From positions 1 to 64,000 of IMG/VR virus record IMGVR_UViG_3300045973_000445: DNA of 64,000 bases; one strand, given 5' to 3'. Positions 9,329 through 18,998 of this stretch are shown here, piece by piece; within the stretch, counting starts at the first letter, position 1; each line of letters begins with the position of its first letter. Under the pieces are notes generated by a model. The model made no database searches. It saw only the letters and a program-made list of their open reading frames with translations, and was not told the DNA's origin. Position numbers and translations under genes: made by a program. This DNA comes from a virus.

Positions 9329-9556
9329 ATGACATCGAAAGACAAGAAAATAATAGAAGATTCGGAAGCCAAAGGAATCCCGATCTTCGTTCTGACTGCA
9401 AAGGATATCTGTTCTTATAGAACTTTATTAGCATATAGACAAGAATGTGTCAAAAACGATTGTGATGGACTTCATGTTGAAAATGTAGCTAATAGAATTT
9501 CTGAATTCAGAGATTGGCAGATTGAAAATGAGAACTTGGTTAAAATTCCTGATTGA
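9329..9556 (+). CDS. hypothetical protein
   Basis: PIFVLTAKD...KIPD, a recurrent small phage protein pattern. Confidence 0.7.
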   Translation: MTSKDKKIIEDSEAKGIPIFVLTAKDICSYRTLLAYRQECVKNDCDGLHVENVANRISEFRDWQIENENLVKIPD

Positions 9557-9557
9557 T

Positions 9558-10394
9558 ATGAGAACTCCAATAACCTATTACGGAGGCAAGCAGAAGATGC
9601 TAAAGCATATACTGCCAATGTTCCCAAAGCACAAACAATATGTTGAACCCTTCACAGGTGGTGGTGCTGTGTTCTTTGCGAAAGTGAAAAGCGAGCACGA
9701 GGTGATCAACGACTTGGACGGCAGGATCACTAACTTCTACAAGATCTGCCAGTCTGATAAATTCTATGAACTCCAGGAAAAGATCCGAAGCACTGCCAAC
9801 AGCGAGATTCCTTATAAATACACGAAGGAAATCATGGAAGGGAAGATTGAACCAAAAGACGATGTGGACTACGCATGGGCTTTCTGGGTGCAGACCTGTA
9901 TGACCTTTGCATCTCAGATTGGGGGTGGCTTTGGCTTTGCCAACCAAGACATTCAGGCTAAGAAAGCAATGAACAAACGGGATGCGTTTACCGAGCAGTA
10001 TATGAACCGATTGAAGAGGGTGGAGATCTTTCAAAGGGATGCTGTGGAGCTCATCAAGCTGAAGGACGGTAGGGATGTGTTTTTCTACTGTGATCCTCCT
10101 TATGTTTCTTCTAATCAATCACATTATGCTGGTTACACAGAGGATCACTTTATTGCACTTCTTGAGATACTTTCAAATATAAAAGGTAAGTTTCTTCTGA
10201 GCTCATATCCTGAGACAATTCTTCAGGAATACACCGATAGGTATGGTTGGCATAGAAAAGAAATCCACCAAAAAACATCTGTGGCTAATGTAAATCAGTC
10301 GGATCACAACACAAACACTGTCCGTAAAGAAAAGACGGAAGTGCTGACTTGGAACTATGAGGATCGCTGTTTGAAACCTTTATTCTATACCTAA
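9558..10394 (+). CDS. Dam-like (D12, alpha-class) adenine methyltransferase
   Basis: YYGGKQK, YVEPFTGGGAV, EVINDLD, YCDPPY; ATG at 9558. Confidence 0.92.
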   Translation: MRTPITYYGGKQKMLKHILPMFPKHKQYVEPFTGGGAVFFAKVKSEHEVINDLDGRITNFYKICQSDKFYELQEKIRSTANSEIPYKYTKEIMEGKIEPKDDVDYAWAFWVQTCMTFASQIGGGFGFANQDIQAKKAMNKRDAFTEQYMNRLKRVEIFQRDAVELIKLKDGRDVFFYCDPPYVSSNQSHYAGYTEDHFIALLEILSNIKGKFLLSSYPETILQEYTDRYGWHRKEIHQKTSVANVNQSDHNTNTVRKEKTEVLTWNYEDRCLKPLFYT

Positions 10395-10753
10395 TGAGGA
10401 TTGTATACATTGGACATCAAATTTCGGGAGACGTAGAAGGAAACCTCCAAAAGATAAAGGATATCATGAGAGAGATCAATCTCACGATGCCCGACGTACT
10501 TCCGTTTGCACACTACGTGGTTGATTGTCAAGTGCTAAACGATTTGATTCCTGAAGAAAGAAAACGAGGCATTAAAAATGATGTAGCTCTTTTGAAGGCT
10601 GGCTTTATAAACGAGCTGTGGCTTTATGGCCCTAAAATCAGTCACGGCATGAAGTGTGAGATTGAGTTGGCAATAGCCAACAACATCTCCGTGTTTGCCA
10701 AAACCATAGGAACACAAAGAGACTTATATGATGTTCTAAATAGCATTCGATGA
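10394..10753 (+). CDS. DUF4406/DUF7768-like nucleoside deoxyribosyltransferase-fold protein
   Basis: IVYIGHQISGDVEGN...ELWLYG..ISHGMKCEIELA. Confidence 0.7.
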   Translation: MRIVYIGHQISGDVEGNLQKIKDIMREINLTMPDVLPFAHYVVDCQVLNDLIPEERKRGIKNDVALLKAGFINELWLYGPKISHGMKCEIELAIANNISVFAKTIGTQRDLYDVLNSIR

Positions 10754-11085
10754 AGCCCTTCTTTCAGGATTATCAGATAAGAAAGTACACACATGACGAA
10801 AAGATAAAATGGGTTTTCAAATACTTATTCACTAAACTAAAGCCAGTAGAACTGACAACAAGGAATGAAAGAGCATGGACTACAAAGGGGAATCCTACAA
10901 CATATAAGATCATATTTGCAGAATGTATATCATTAACTGATACACAAATCAAAGTTCCCTTCCCCGATATCTCATTGAGTATCTCGGAGGAGTTTATAAT
11001 AATATTAGGGGATAATTTTAAATATCAGTTTGCTCCAAACATGATCCTAACTGTTTGGATGAGACTAAAAATAGTACTTAAATGA
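10750..11085 (+). CDS. hypothetical protein
   Basis: 111-aa ORF with ATGA overlap upstream and 4-bp overlap downstream. Confidence 0.6.
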   Translation: MKPFFQDYQIRKYTHDEKIKWVFKYLFTKLKPVELTTRNERAWTTKGNPTTYKIIFAECISLTDTQIKVPFPDISLSISEEFIIILGDNFKYQFAPNMILTVWMRLKIVLK

Positions 11086-12308
11086 AATCTTTTTTTTCAT
11101 CATCTCAGACCTCGTCTGTCAGCCGACCAAATGGAGTGGTCAGTAGCTGTATCTCCTGTGGGCTATATAAAAACTCGGTGTCTCCCAAGATGAAACCCTA
11201 CGGAAACTTCAAAAAGAAGATTCTGAATATAGGTGAGTTTCCTGGGGATCAGGATGATCGATCAGGGAAGCCCTTTCAGGGCAAATCAGGGCAGCTATTA
11301 CAACAGATGTATAAGAAACTGGGGGTTGATTTATTTGAGGACTGCCTCAATATAAATGCCTGCATGTGCCATCCTACGGGGATGCCTACGCCACAGATAC
11401 TGGATAACTGCCGAAGGAACGTCCTACAGGTCATTCAAGAGTATAAACCCCACATAATAGTTCTGTTTGGACAAGCTCCACTTGTTAGTGTGATCGGCCA
11501 TCGGTGGAAGAAGAACTTGGGTGCTATAAGTAAATGGAGAGGTTTTGTTATTCCGGATCACGACTTTACAATGCTCAGACAGCCAGCTTGGATATGTCCT
11601 ACGCTGTCTCCTGTTATGGTTGAGCGATCTAAAAGTGGCATAGAAGAGGTCATCTGGATGCAAGACCTGAAACAGGTGGTGGAGCATATAGATATGCCTG
11701 TGCCAGAGTACATAGAACCAGAAATTGAGATTATAACAGATCTGTCTGTCTTTGATAAGATCACATCTGGCTGGATCACTTTTGATTATGAAACGACTGG
11801 ATTGAAGCCACACGCTACTGGACACCGCATAATCTGTTGTTCAGTGGCCGATACAGCAAACCACGTGTACGTGTTTATGATGCCTGAGACTCGAAAGGAA
11901 CGAAAGCCGTTTGTGGATTTGCTACTTCGAAAGGAAGTGGGGAAGGTGGCTCAGAATATGAAGTTTGAGCACACTTGGAGCGAAGTTCGATTGAATGTAA
12001 TTGTTGAGAACTGGATATGGGACACCATGCTGGCATCTCATATCTTGGATAATCGAACAGGTGTCACAGGACTAAAGTTTCAATCGTACATCCAGTTTGG
12101 TATAATAGATTACAGCTCGGAAATTCAACCGTATCTGGAAGCCTCAGACAATGACAATGCCAACGCAATAAATAAGATTCAAACGCTGACAGCTACCGAA
12201 AGTGGTAGAAATAAGCTGATGAGGTACTGTGGCTATGATAGTATCTATGAGAGACGCTTGGCAGAATTGCAAATGGATTTTATTTGGGAAAATGAACTAC
12301 CTTTTTAA
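11082..12308 (+). CDS. DNA polymerase A N-terminal subunit: family-4 UDG-like domain + 3'-5' exonuclease
   Basis: CxxC/CMC/NC Fe-S cysteines, GEFPG..DD..GKPFQG; exo I DYETTG, exo II QNMKFE, WDTML, exo III YCGYD. Confidence 0.85.
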   Translation: MKSFFSSSQTSSVSRPNGVVSSCISCGLYKNSVSPKMKPYGNFKKKILNIGEFPGDQDDRSGKPFQGKSGQLLQQMYKKLGVDLFEDCLNINACMCHPTGMPTPQILDNCRRNVLQVIQEYKPHIIVLFGQAPLVSVIGHRWKKNLGAISKWRGFVIPDHDFTMLRQPAWICPTLSPVMVERSKSGIEEVIWMQDLKQVVEHIDMPVPEYIEPEIEIITDLSVFDKITSGWITFDYETTGLKPHATGHRIICCSVADTANHVYVFMMPETRKERKPFVDLLLRKEVGKVAQNMKFEHTWSEVRLNVIVENWIWDTMLASHILDNRTGVTGLKFQSYIQFGIIDYSSEIQPYLEASDNDNANAINKIQTLTATESGRNKLMRYCGYDSIYERRLAELQMDFIWENELPF

Positions 12309-12334
12309 TTTTGTATCATCTATAAAATAAGGAT

Positions 12335-12640
12335 ATGACAAAGACTATAAAAATGACTCCCGATCTTCAGAAGAAGTTAGAGGGATTCAATAAAGCAGAT
12401 GATCATTTCAAAAAGATATATACCAAAGATGGGATAGATAAAATGGAATTGATCACGTTCATTGAGGAAAGCATTAAACTTATGCCTGATGAAGATAAGT
12501 CTGATTTTGTACAACACGTGATATTTCATATCCTGTTATGGGGATCGTGGAATTTCCGAGATGCAATGGGTATATTAGAATGTGCTAAAATAGATTTTTA
12601 TGAATCAATGCGTTCTGTAGAAGAAGAAGATGAAAATTAA
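12335..12640 (+). CDS. hypothetical protein between the two polymerase halves
   Basis: 101-aa ORF preceded by the TTTGTATCAT motif; overlaps the polA start. Confidence 0.7.
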   Translation: MTKTIKMTPDLQKKLEGFNKADDHFKKIYTKDGIDKMELITFIEESIKLMPDEDKSDFVQHVIFHILLWGSWNFRDAMGILECAKIDFYESMRSVEEEDEN

Positions 12641-15107
12641 CCCCAAAACAAGCGAAGCCTATCAACTTTTCCATGACGGAACGCTCGCCTTACAAAGAGC
12701 GGAATCTGCTGGAATACGTGTTGATATGGATTACGTCAACGAAAAGAAAATCCACCTGACCCGAAAGATTAATAGGCTGGAGAATGAGTTTAAAGAAACT
12801 AAGTTCTACAAGGAGTGGGAGACAGCTACAAAAGGAAAGCTAAACATCAACAGCGATGCTCAGCTTCGGAACTTCCTGTACAATGTCAAAAAGCTGAAGC
12901 CAGCAAAGCTCACAGCCTCTGGTGTAGGATCTACAGATGGGGAAGCCTTAGCACAGCTAAACATCCCAGAATTAAATATCCTTGCCGACAAGGCTAAGAT
13001 TGAACGTCTGAGAGATACTAACTTGGATGGCTTTGCCAGAGAACAGGTAAATGGATATCTCCATCCCTTTTTCAATCTGCATTTGGCTCGTACTTTTAGA
13101 TCATGTGTAGCTAAGGGATCATTAGTATTAGCTGTACGTGATTTTTTATCATATCCTAAAGGAGTACCAATAGAAGAAATTCGAGAAGGAGATTATGTTT
13201 ATTGTTTTGATAATAATTTAAACCCAGCCATTCGTAAAGTATTATGGGCTGGTAAAACAGGACATCGGGAAGTTATCCGAGTTTATTATTCTATACATGG
13301 TAGGGGTAAGGGGTATGTGGATGTTACCCCAGAACACTTAATCAGATTAATAGATGGTTCTTATGTACAAGCTCAGAATCTAATTGGTGATTTTAGAACA
13401 AAAGATGATGATAAGCATATTGCTAAAATAAGAACACTATCATGTGCAAGAAAAGATGATAAATTAAGTTTTACAGGTCATTTGAAAGGAGGTAAGGGCA
13501 TACATGAGCATCGTTTAATTTACTCTCAGTTAATTGGAGATTTAAATGATAGCGATTTAGTGCATCATGAAAATGAAATACACTTAGATCATACTCCAAG
13601 TAATCTAATAAAAATGACAGCATCTGAGCATGCCACTCTTCATGTTATAAATACATTACAAAGCCCTATCTCAAGAATAAATAATAAAATATCTATTCAA
13701 AAGTCAAAAGAAGCAGGAGTATACAAAAGATCAGCTAGGAGAGGAGCAGATGCATTCAATTATCTCGGATTATCTAAATACACATGCTATCGAATCTTGG
13801 CTATGTCTGCTGGGCAAATGACTAAAGCAGAGTATGATTTTTCAGTATTTAAAAAGTATGTAAAAAGTCATGAGATAGATATACAAGAAGTAAAATTACG
13901 ATATGATGTACATGGGAAATATATATGGAAGTCAAAATTAAAGGAACTCTCTAAACTAGGCCGACCAGCAGTATCTAAAATAATAGGACATAACTATTAT
14001 CGACTTATTCAATTGTATACTTTATATGATATAGATACTAAAAGAAAATGGGCTAATCAATTCGGATCTTTTGTACCTGGAAATCATACAATAACAAAAA
14101 TAGAATGGATTAAGGAAATAGTAGATGTTTATGATATTGAAGTGGAAGATTATCACAACTTCTTTGCTAATGAAATATGTGTTCATAATTCGAGTTCTAA
14201 TATTAATTTCCAAAACATACCCAACCGAGATGAAGAATCGATGCAAGTTTGCCGTAGGGCACTCTTTGCACGTCCAGGAAATCAACTTATGGAAGTGGAC
14301 ACAAGTGGTATGGAAGTTAGAATTAGTGCATGTTATCACAAGGATCCCACGATGATTAAATACATAAAGGATCCTAAATCAGATCTTCATCGGGACATGG
14401 CTCAACAGATCTTTTTACTCGATAACTTAGATAAAAAGAATCCTGATCATGCCAACCTGCGATTTATAGCAAAAAGTGCATTTGTCTTTGCTCAATTTTA
14501 TGGAGACTATTATAAAAACTGTGCTATCAATATTGTAAGTAACTGGTGCAAACTCCCACAGTCTCGCTGGAAAGCTGGTCAGGGTATCCCTTTTGAAGGA
14601 GGTACAATATCAGATCACATGATTAGCAAAGGCATAAAATCCTTTGATGCGTTTACAGATCATCTAAAAGATATCGAGGATAACTTCTGGGGAGTTCGTT
14701 TTGCTGAATATGCTGAGTGGAAAGAGAGATGGTATAAGACCTATCTTAAGTACGGGTATTTGGATATGTACACGGGCTTTAGATGTAGTGGAGTGATAAG
14801 TAGAAACGACTGCATCAACTATCCCGTACAGGGTGCTGCTTTTCATTGTCTCCTATGGAGTCTGATTCAAATAGATAGAATTCAAAGAGAAGAGAACTGG
14901 GACACTCGTCTGGTAGGGCAAATCCATGATTCACTAGTTTTGGACGTTCACCCGGATGAAGCAGAGCATGTTTATAAAACCATCCGAAGGGTAATGTGTG
15001 AGGATTTGCCTAATGCATGGAAGTGGATATCGGTTCCAATAGATGTGGAGGCCAAGATATCTCCAGCTGGAGATTCATGGGCTAACATGAATCTATTCAA
15101 AATATAA
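12630..15107 (+). CDS. polA: family A DNA polymerase (polymerase domain only) with intein
   Basis: Spliced TFRSSSSNINFQNIP, motif A DTSGMEVRI, motif B RFIAK..FAQFYG, NYPVQG, motif C QIHDS. Confidence 0.93.
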   Translation: MKINPKTSEAYQLFHDGTLALQRAESAGIRVDMDYVNEKKIHLTRKINRLENEFKETKFYKEWETATKGKLNINSDAQLRNFLYNVKKLKPAKLTASGVGSTDGEALAQLNIPELNILADKAKIERLRDTNLDGFAREQVNGYLHPFFNLHLARTFRSCVAKGSLVLAVRDFLSYPKGVPIEEIREGDYVYCFDNNLNPAIRKVLWAGKTGHREVIRVYYSIHGRGKGYVDVTPEHLIRLIDGSYVQAQNLIGDFRTKDDDKHIAKIRTLSCARKDDKLSFTGHLKGGKGIHEHRLIYSQLIGDLNDSDLVHHENEIHLDHTPSNLIKMTASEHATLHVINTLQSPISRINNKISIQKSKEAGVYKRSARRGADAFNYLGLSKYTCYRILAMSAGQMTKAEYDFSVFKKYVKSHEIDIQEVKLRYDVHGKYIWKSKLKELSKLGRPAVSKIIGHNYYRLIQLYTLYDIDTKRKWANQFGSFVPGNHTITKIEWIKEIVDVYDIEVEDYHNFFANEICVHNSSSNINFQNIPNRDEESMQVCRRALFARPGNQLMEVDTSGMEVRISACYHKDPTMIKYIKDPKSDLHRDMAQQIFLLDNLDKKNPDHANLRFIAKSAFVFAQFYGDYYKNCAINIVSNWCKLPQSRWKAGQGIPFEGGTISDHMISKGIKSFDAFTDHLKDIEDNFWGVRFAEYAEWKERWYKTYLKYGYLDMYTGFRCSGVISRNDCINYPVQGAAFHCLLWSLIQIDRIQREENWDTRLVGQIHDSLVLDVHPDEAEHVYKTIRRVMCEDLPNAWKWISVPIDVEAKISPAGDSWANMNLFKI
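13104..14189 (+). mobile_element. 362-aa intein with HNH homing endonuclease
   Basis: Starts CVAKGSLV, block B VTPEH, HNH core EHRLI...VHHENEIHLDHTPSNL, ends VYDIEVEDYHNFFANEICVHN followed by Ser. Confidence 0.93.
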
Positions 15108-15122
15108 TTTGTATCATGTAGC

Positions 15123-15590
15123 ATGTTTTCAAATCTCAAAAAATATCCTCCAGAACAGGTCGCTACAATCAACTGCGATGCTTCCTTCAAATACGATATA
15201 AAGAAAGGTGGCTGGGCATGCTGGATATCCTACGATGGAGGAAGGATACTAAGACATGGTGTGTTTAAAGAAAGTATAAACGATTCAACTGAAGCTGAGT
15301 TAAAGTCCTGCTGTAATGCATTTCACATAATAGAAAAACTCCTGAAAGATAAACCCATAAAGCTGGTGTTTGTAAACTGTGATAACTCTGGGGTTCGTTC
15401 CATTATAATAAACAAATCAGTCACTGAAAAATACAAAGTTGAAGGTGAATTACTTCTTAATCATTTAGCAAAGTATGAACAGGTCATTGCTCTTAGCATC
15501 AAAGGACACCAGTCCAGCTCTGAGCCTCGGCACTGGGTTAATAATTGGTGCGATAAACAAAGTAGAAACTATTTAAAAGCTAAAATATAA
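15123..15590 (+). CDS. ribonuclease HI-like protein
   Basis: NCDASF, STEAEL, NCDN, IKGH, NNWCD catalytic pattern. Confidence 0.85.
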   Translation: MFSNLKKYPPEQVATINCDASFKYDIKKGGWACWISYDGGRILRHGVFKESINDSTEAELKSCCNAFHIIEKLLKDKPIKLVFVNCDNSGVRSIIINKSVTEKYKVEGELLLNHLAKYEQVIALSIKGHQSSSEPRHWVNNWCDKQSRNYLKAKI

Positions 15591-15595
15591 TAAAT

Positions 15596-16510
15596 ATGTC
15601 ACTATACCAGAAATACAGACCGTCAGCATTAGATCAGATAAAAGGTAATCAGGACGTTGTAACAGCCCTTGAGGGGTATTTAAAGGACATCAATAAATGT
15701 CCCCACGTGATTCTTTTCACTGGGCCAAAAGGAAATGGGAAGACGACTTTAGCACGAATTGTCGCAGAGCGACTGGGTTGTGTGGGTAATGATCTGAAAG
15801 AACTCAATATAGCAGACTTCCGAGGGATTGAAACGGCACGGGATATATTATCAAAGATAAACTACAAGCCAATGGAGGGTGCTTGTAGAGTTTTTATCAT
15901 GGATGAATTTCATCGTGCAACTAAGGATTTTATGTCGGCTTTACTGAAAGTTTTTGAAGATACACCAAAGCATATATTTTTCATATTATGTACAACAGAT
16001 CCAAAAGATATACTTAAAACCATAATGGATCGCTGCACCCAGTTTCAGATGAAACCATTGTCAGATTCTCAAATGAAAGGTCTGCTCCGCAGAATATTGC
16101 ATGAGGAGAAGGAGACTATTCCAGATGAGGTATATGAGCAAATCGCTCAGGACAGCTTAGGTCATCCTCGTGCAGCCTTGCAGATTCTGGATCAGGTGCT
16201 TCAAGTACCGCTGGAGCGGAGATTAGAAGTGGCCAAGAGGTCGGCTGAAATGCAGAGTGAGTGTATTTTACTATGCCGAGCTTTAATGGATGGTTCTGGG
16301 TGGAAAAAAGTCCGGAATATCTTAAGCGGACTTAAGAATGAAGAACCTGAAGGCATCAGAAGGGCTGTACTGAGATACAGCACTAATTCCTTACTTGGTA
16401 GTGATGAGAATGATCATGCAGGAATGATCATGGAAGAATTCATGAATCCATTTTATGACAATCCTTTGGATCAGTTGGTGTATGCTTGTTATGCTGTTGC
16501 TAGAAAATAA
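15596..16510 (+). CDS. dnaX: clamp loader ATPase (DnaX gamma/tau-like)
   Basis: SLYQKYRP, GPKGNGKTTLARI, IMDEFH, ALLKVFED, DRC. Confidence 0.9.
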   Translation: MSLYQKYRPSALDQIKGNQDVVTALEGYLKDINKCPHVILFTGPKGNGKTTLARIVAERLGCVGNDLKELNIADFRGIETARDILSKINYKPMEGACRVFIMDEFHRATKDFMSALLKVFEDTPKHIFFILCTTDPKDILKTIMDRCTQFQMKPLSDSQMKGLLRRILHEEKETIPDEVYEQIAQDSLGHPRAALQILDQVLQVPLERRLEVAKRSAEMQSECILLCRALMDGSGWKKVRNILSGLKNEEPEGIRRAVLRYSTNSLLGSDENDHAGMIMEEFMNPFYDNPLDQLVYACYAVARK

Positions 16511-16588
16511 TTAAGATATGAAAACATTTGGAGATAACTTTAAGTTGATAGTCAATCAGAACTAAAAACTCACTGATCATTTAATTAA

Positions 16589-16948
16589 ATGAAGTGTTGG
16601 ACGAGGGATTGCAAGAACGATGCAAGGAAAGGGCATAGATACTGTGGATCATGTGAAAACAAAAAGTACAGAGAGAAATATCCCCTGAAGTATTGGTACG
16701 ACACTCTAAAGATGAATGCCAAACGTAGAAGGAAACCATTTGATTTGACACTTGAGCAATTTAGTAACTTTTGTATGAAAACAGGCTACGGAGAACTTAA
16801 GGGCAAGACAGCGACCTCGCTGAGTGTGGATAGGATTCGTTCTTGGGAAGGTTATACTGTTAACAACATACGAGCGATCTCGTTGTCTGACAACACAAAA
16901 TTACGAAATGATCCTACATACGAAGTAGATGAATTTTGTCCTTTTTAA
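16589..16948 (+). CDS. His-Me finger/HNH-like phage protein
   Basis: N-terminal Cys cluster, NAKRR..FDLTLE, SVDRI...GYTVNNIR. Confidence 0.6.
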   Translation: MKCWTRDCKNDARKGHRYCGSCENKKYREKYPLKYWYDTLKMNAKRRRKPFDLTLEQFSNFCMKTGYGELKGKTATSLSVDRIRSWEGYTVNNIRAISLSDNTKLRNDPTYEVDEFCPF

Positions 16949-16979
16949 TTTGTATAATGTACTATAAAACCAAACGAAA

Positions 16980-17459
16980 ATGAACTACGAAAATGACATA
17001 CGAATAGATGAAGATTCCTTAGATTTGGAATGTCTTGAACAACCATCTCTTATGATGAGGTATGCTAAACACTCAGCTGAAATGAGAATGGCTGTGGATA
17101 ATACAAAACAATCTCTTGATGTAGTTAGAGCTGAATTGGATAGAAACATCAGAGAGAAACCTGAAGATTATGATATAGGAAAGGTTACTGAGGCTGCAAT
17201 ATCCAGTGCCATCCTGACAGATAGAAAATATCAAAAAGCCTATGATGACTTTTTAAAAGCTAAATATGAATCTGATATGGCTCAGGGAGCTATTCGTGCT
17301 GTCGAACAACGCAAGGATATGCTGGAGGCTCTTATAAAACTTCATCTCGGTCAGTATTTTGCTGGCCCTAAAGTCCCACATAACCTAACGGAACTTCGTC
17401 AGGCAAAAGCAAGCAGAGTGGATGCTGGTATTTCCTCACGCATACAAAGAGGGAAGTAA
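16980..17459 (+). CDS. UvsY-like recombination mediator
   Basis: Helical protein with LDLE..EQPSL, KVTEAAI, AVEQRKDML; sits before SSB and RecA. Confidence 0.55.
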   Translation: MNYENDIRIDEDSLDLECLEQPSLMMRYAKHSAEMRMAVDNTKQSLDVVRAELDRNIREKPEDYDIGKVTEAAISSAILTDRKYQKAYDDFLKAKYESDMAQGAIRAVEQRKDMLEALIKLHLGQYFAGPKVPHNLTELRQAKASRVDAGISSRIQRGK

Positions 17460-17641
17460 TGGATAACTTACTTATAGCCATCTACGTTATACTGGGAGGA
17501 GCTGTTCTTACAGGTCTCGTATTCTTCTTAAGCCAAGTTCAGATGAAGGGCTGGCTGAAACAACTGGATTTATTTTTGGATAAAAAGCTAAACGAATATT
17601 TTAACGCAAAAAAAGAAAGCAATGAGAGAGAAAAAAAGTAA
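17459..17641 (+). CDS. small membrane protein
   Basis: Hydrophobic residues 4-24; translationally coupled on both sides. Confidence 0.65.
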   Translation: MDNLLIAIYVILGGAVLTGLVFFLSQVQMKGWLKQLDLFLDKKLNEYFNAKKESNEREKK

Positions 17642-18998
17642 TTTTAGGGGTAAGGTTAACTCTGATGCCCAGACACAAAAGAATGCTAGGAGTAGTTCTG
17701 GCTATTTAAATCTGCCAAGAGGGATCAAAGTATACAATGCTGAAAGTGAAGTGAAGAAGGTAAAACTGGACTTCTTGCCGTATGTTATCACAGATCCGAA
17801 TCATCCTTGTAAAAATCCTAGTCTAGAAATAGCTATGGTTGGGGATCAGTGGTGGTATCGTCCATTCAAGATTCACAGAGATGTTGGATCGGACAGAAAG
17901 ACAAGCACAGTTGTTTGCCCTCACTCTGTAGGGAAAAAGTGCCCTATCTGTGATTATCAGAAGAAGCTGTTTGATCAGGGGGCTCCCAAAACAGAAACTG
18001 TTCCACTGTATCCAAAGGACAGAGCTCTTTATGTAGTCATTCCGCTGGGACAGAAAGCCTACGAGGAGACCCCTCACGTTTGGGATATGTCAAAGAAGAT
18101 GTTTCATGATATCCTAGTGGAGCTGTTGGAAGAGGATGATTCTAACGAGGTGTTCCCAGCTTTAGATGAAGGCAAGACGCTGGAGATTAGTTTCAAATGG
18201 GATACCATCGGAGAAAAAGGTAAACCATTCCCAGAGGCACGTAATATTATCTTTTCTGATCGTGAGCCCTACGATGAAAAGATACTTGATGAAGTTCCGA
18301 ATCTTGATGACATCTTGGTTATTCTTCCCTATGAGGAGCTTTCCAATAAGTTCTTCGGGATCGATGACGAACCTGATGCTGGTAAATTAAATGATGTTGA
18401 GGATGAGCCCCTATCACGCTCAGAGAGATCTCGCAAGTCAGCTGAACCTGATGCAGAGAAAGAGCCTCCTGCAAGATCATCTCGCAGAGCATCAGAATCT
18501 GCTGAGAAAGAACCACCGGCAAGAACATCTCGTAGAGCTCCTGTTGCTGAAAAAGAAAAGGATGCTTTGCCAACATGGGATGAACTCACACGTATAGGTA
18601 GAGAGAATTTAGCTACCATGATTACTGCCTACGAACTCCCACTTGACATCGAATTATTTGAAGATACAGATGAGGGGGATGTTGATATTCGTAAATCCAT
18701 CGCACAGGCACTGGACATTGAAGTTCCTGAAGATAAGCCGAAACCTACACGTGGATCAGTATCATCCTCAGTAAAAGAAAAGGAAACAGCTCCAGCTAAG
18801 GAAAAAACACCTCCTCCAGCTGAGAAGTCAGCAAGGATGAGCAGAGCAGGGGATGCTGCGGAAAAGGGAAGAACAGGAGGAGATGCAAAAGACAAATGCC
18901 CTACTGGTCACGTCTTCGGCAAAGATACTGAACGCTTTGATGACTGTGATGAGTGCAAGGCATTTGATGCTTGTCTTGATGCAAAACGTAACAAGTAA
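17622..18998 (+). CDS. gp32-like single-stranded DNA-binding protein with long disordered tail
   Basis: H...VCPHSVGKKCPIC zinc module, DFLPY, DEGKTL; charged low-complexity C-terminal half. Confidence 0.7.
   Translation: MREKKSNFRGKVNSDAQTQKNARSSSGYLNLPRGIKVYNAESEVKKVKLDFLPYVITDPNHPCKNPSLEIAMVGDQWWYRPFKIHRDVGSDRKTSTVVCPHSVGKKCPICDYQKKLFDQGAPKTETVPLYPKDRALYVVIPLGQKAYEETPHVWDMSKKMFHDILVELLEEDDSNEVFPALDEGKTLEISFKWDTIGEKGKPFPEARNIIFSDREPYDEKILDEVPNLDDILVILPYEELSNKFFGIDDEPDAGKLNDVEDEPLSRSERSRKSAEPDAEKEPPARSSRRASESAEKEPPARTSRRAPVAEKEKDALPTWDELTRIGRENLATMITAYELPLDIELFEDTDEGDVDIRKSIAQALDIEVPEDKPKPTRGSVSSSVKEKETAPAKEKTPPPAEKSARMSRAGDAAEKGRTGGDAKDKCPTGHVFGKDTERFDDCDECKAFDACLDAKRNK

Noticed and set aside
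9326-9331. Genome-wide TAG recoding, or clamp readthrough at TAG-ATG
   Set aside because: Long genes are intact under code 11 and TAG cleanly ends the capsid gene before a terminator. The clamp is already full length and the next ORF looks like an independent gene.
12309-12629. Self-splicing intron joining the two polymerase halves
   Set aside because: The interval is filled by a normal ORF with a promoter-like motif, both halves have clean ends, and no group I/II elements are recognisable.
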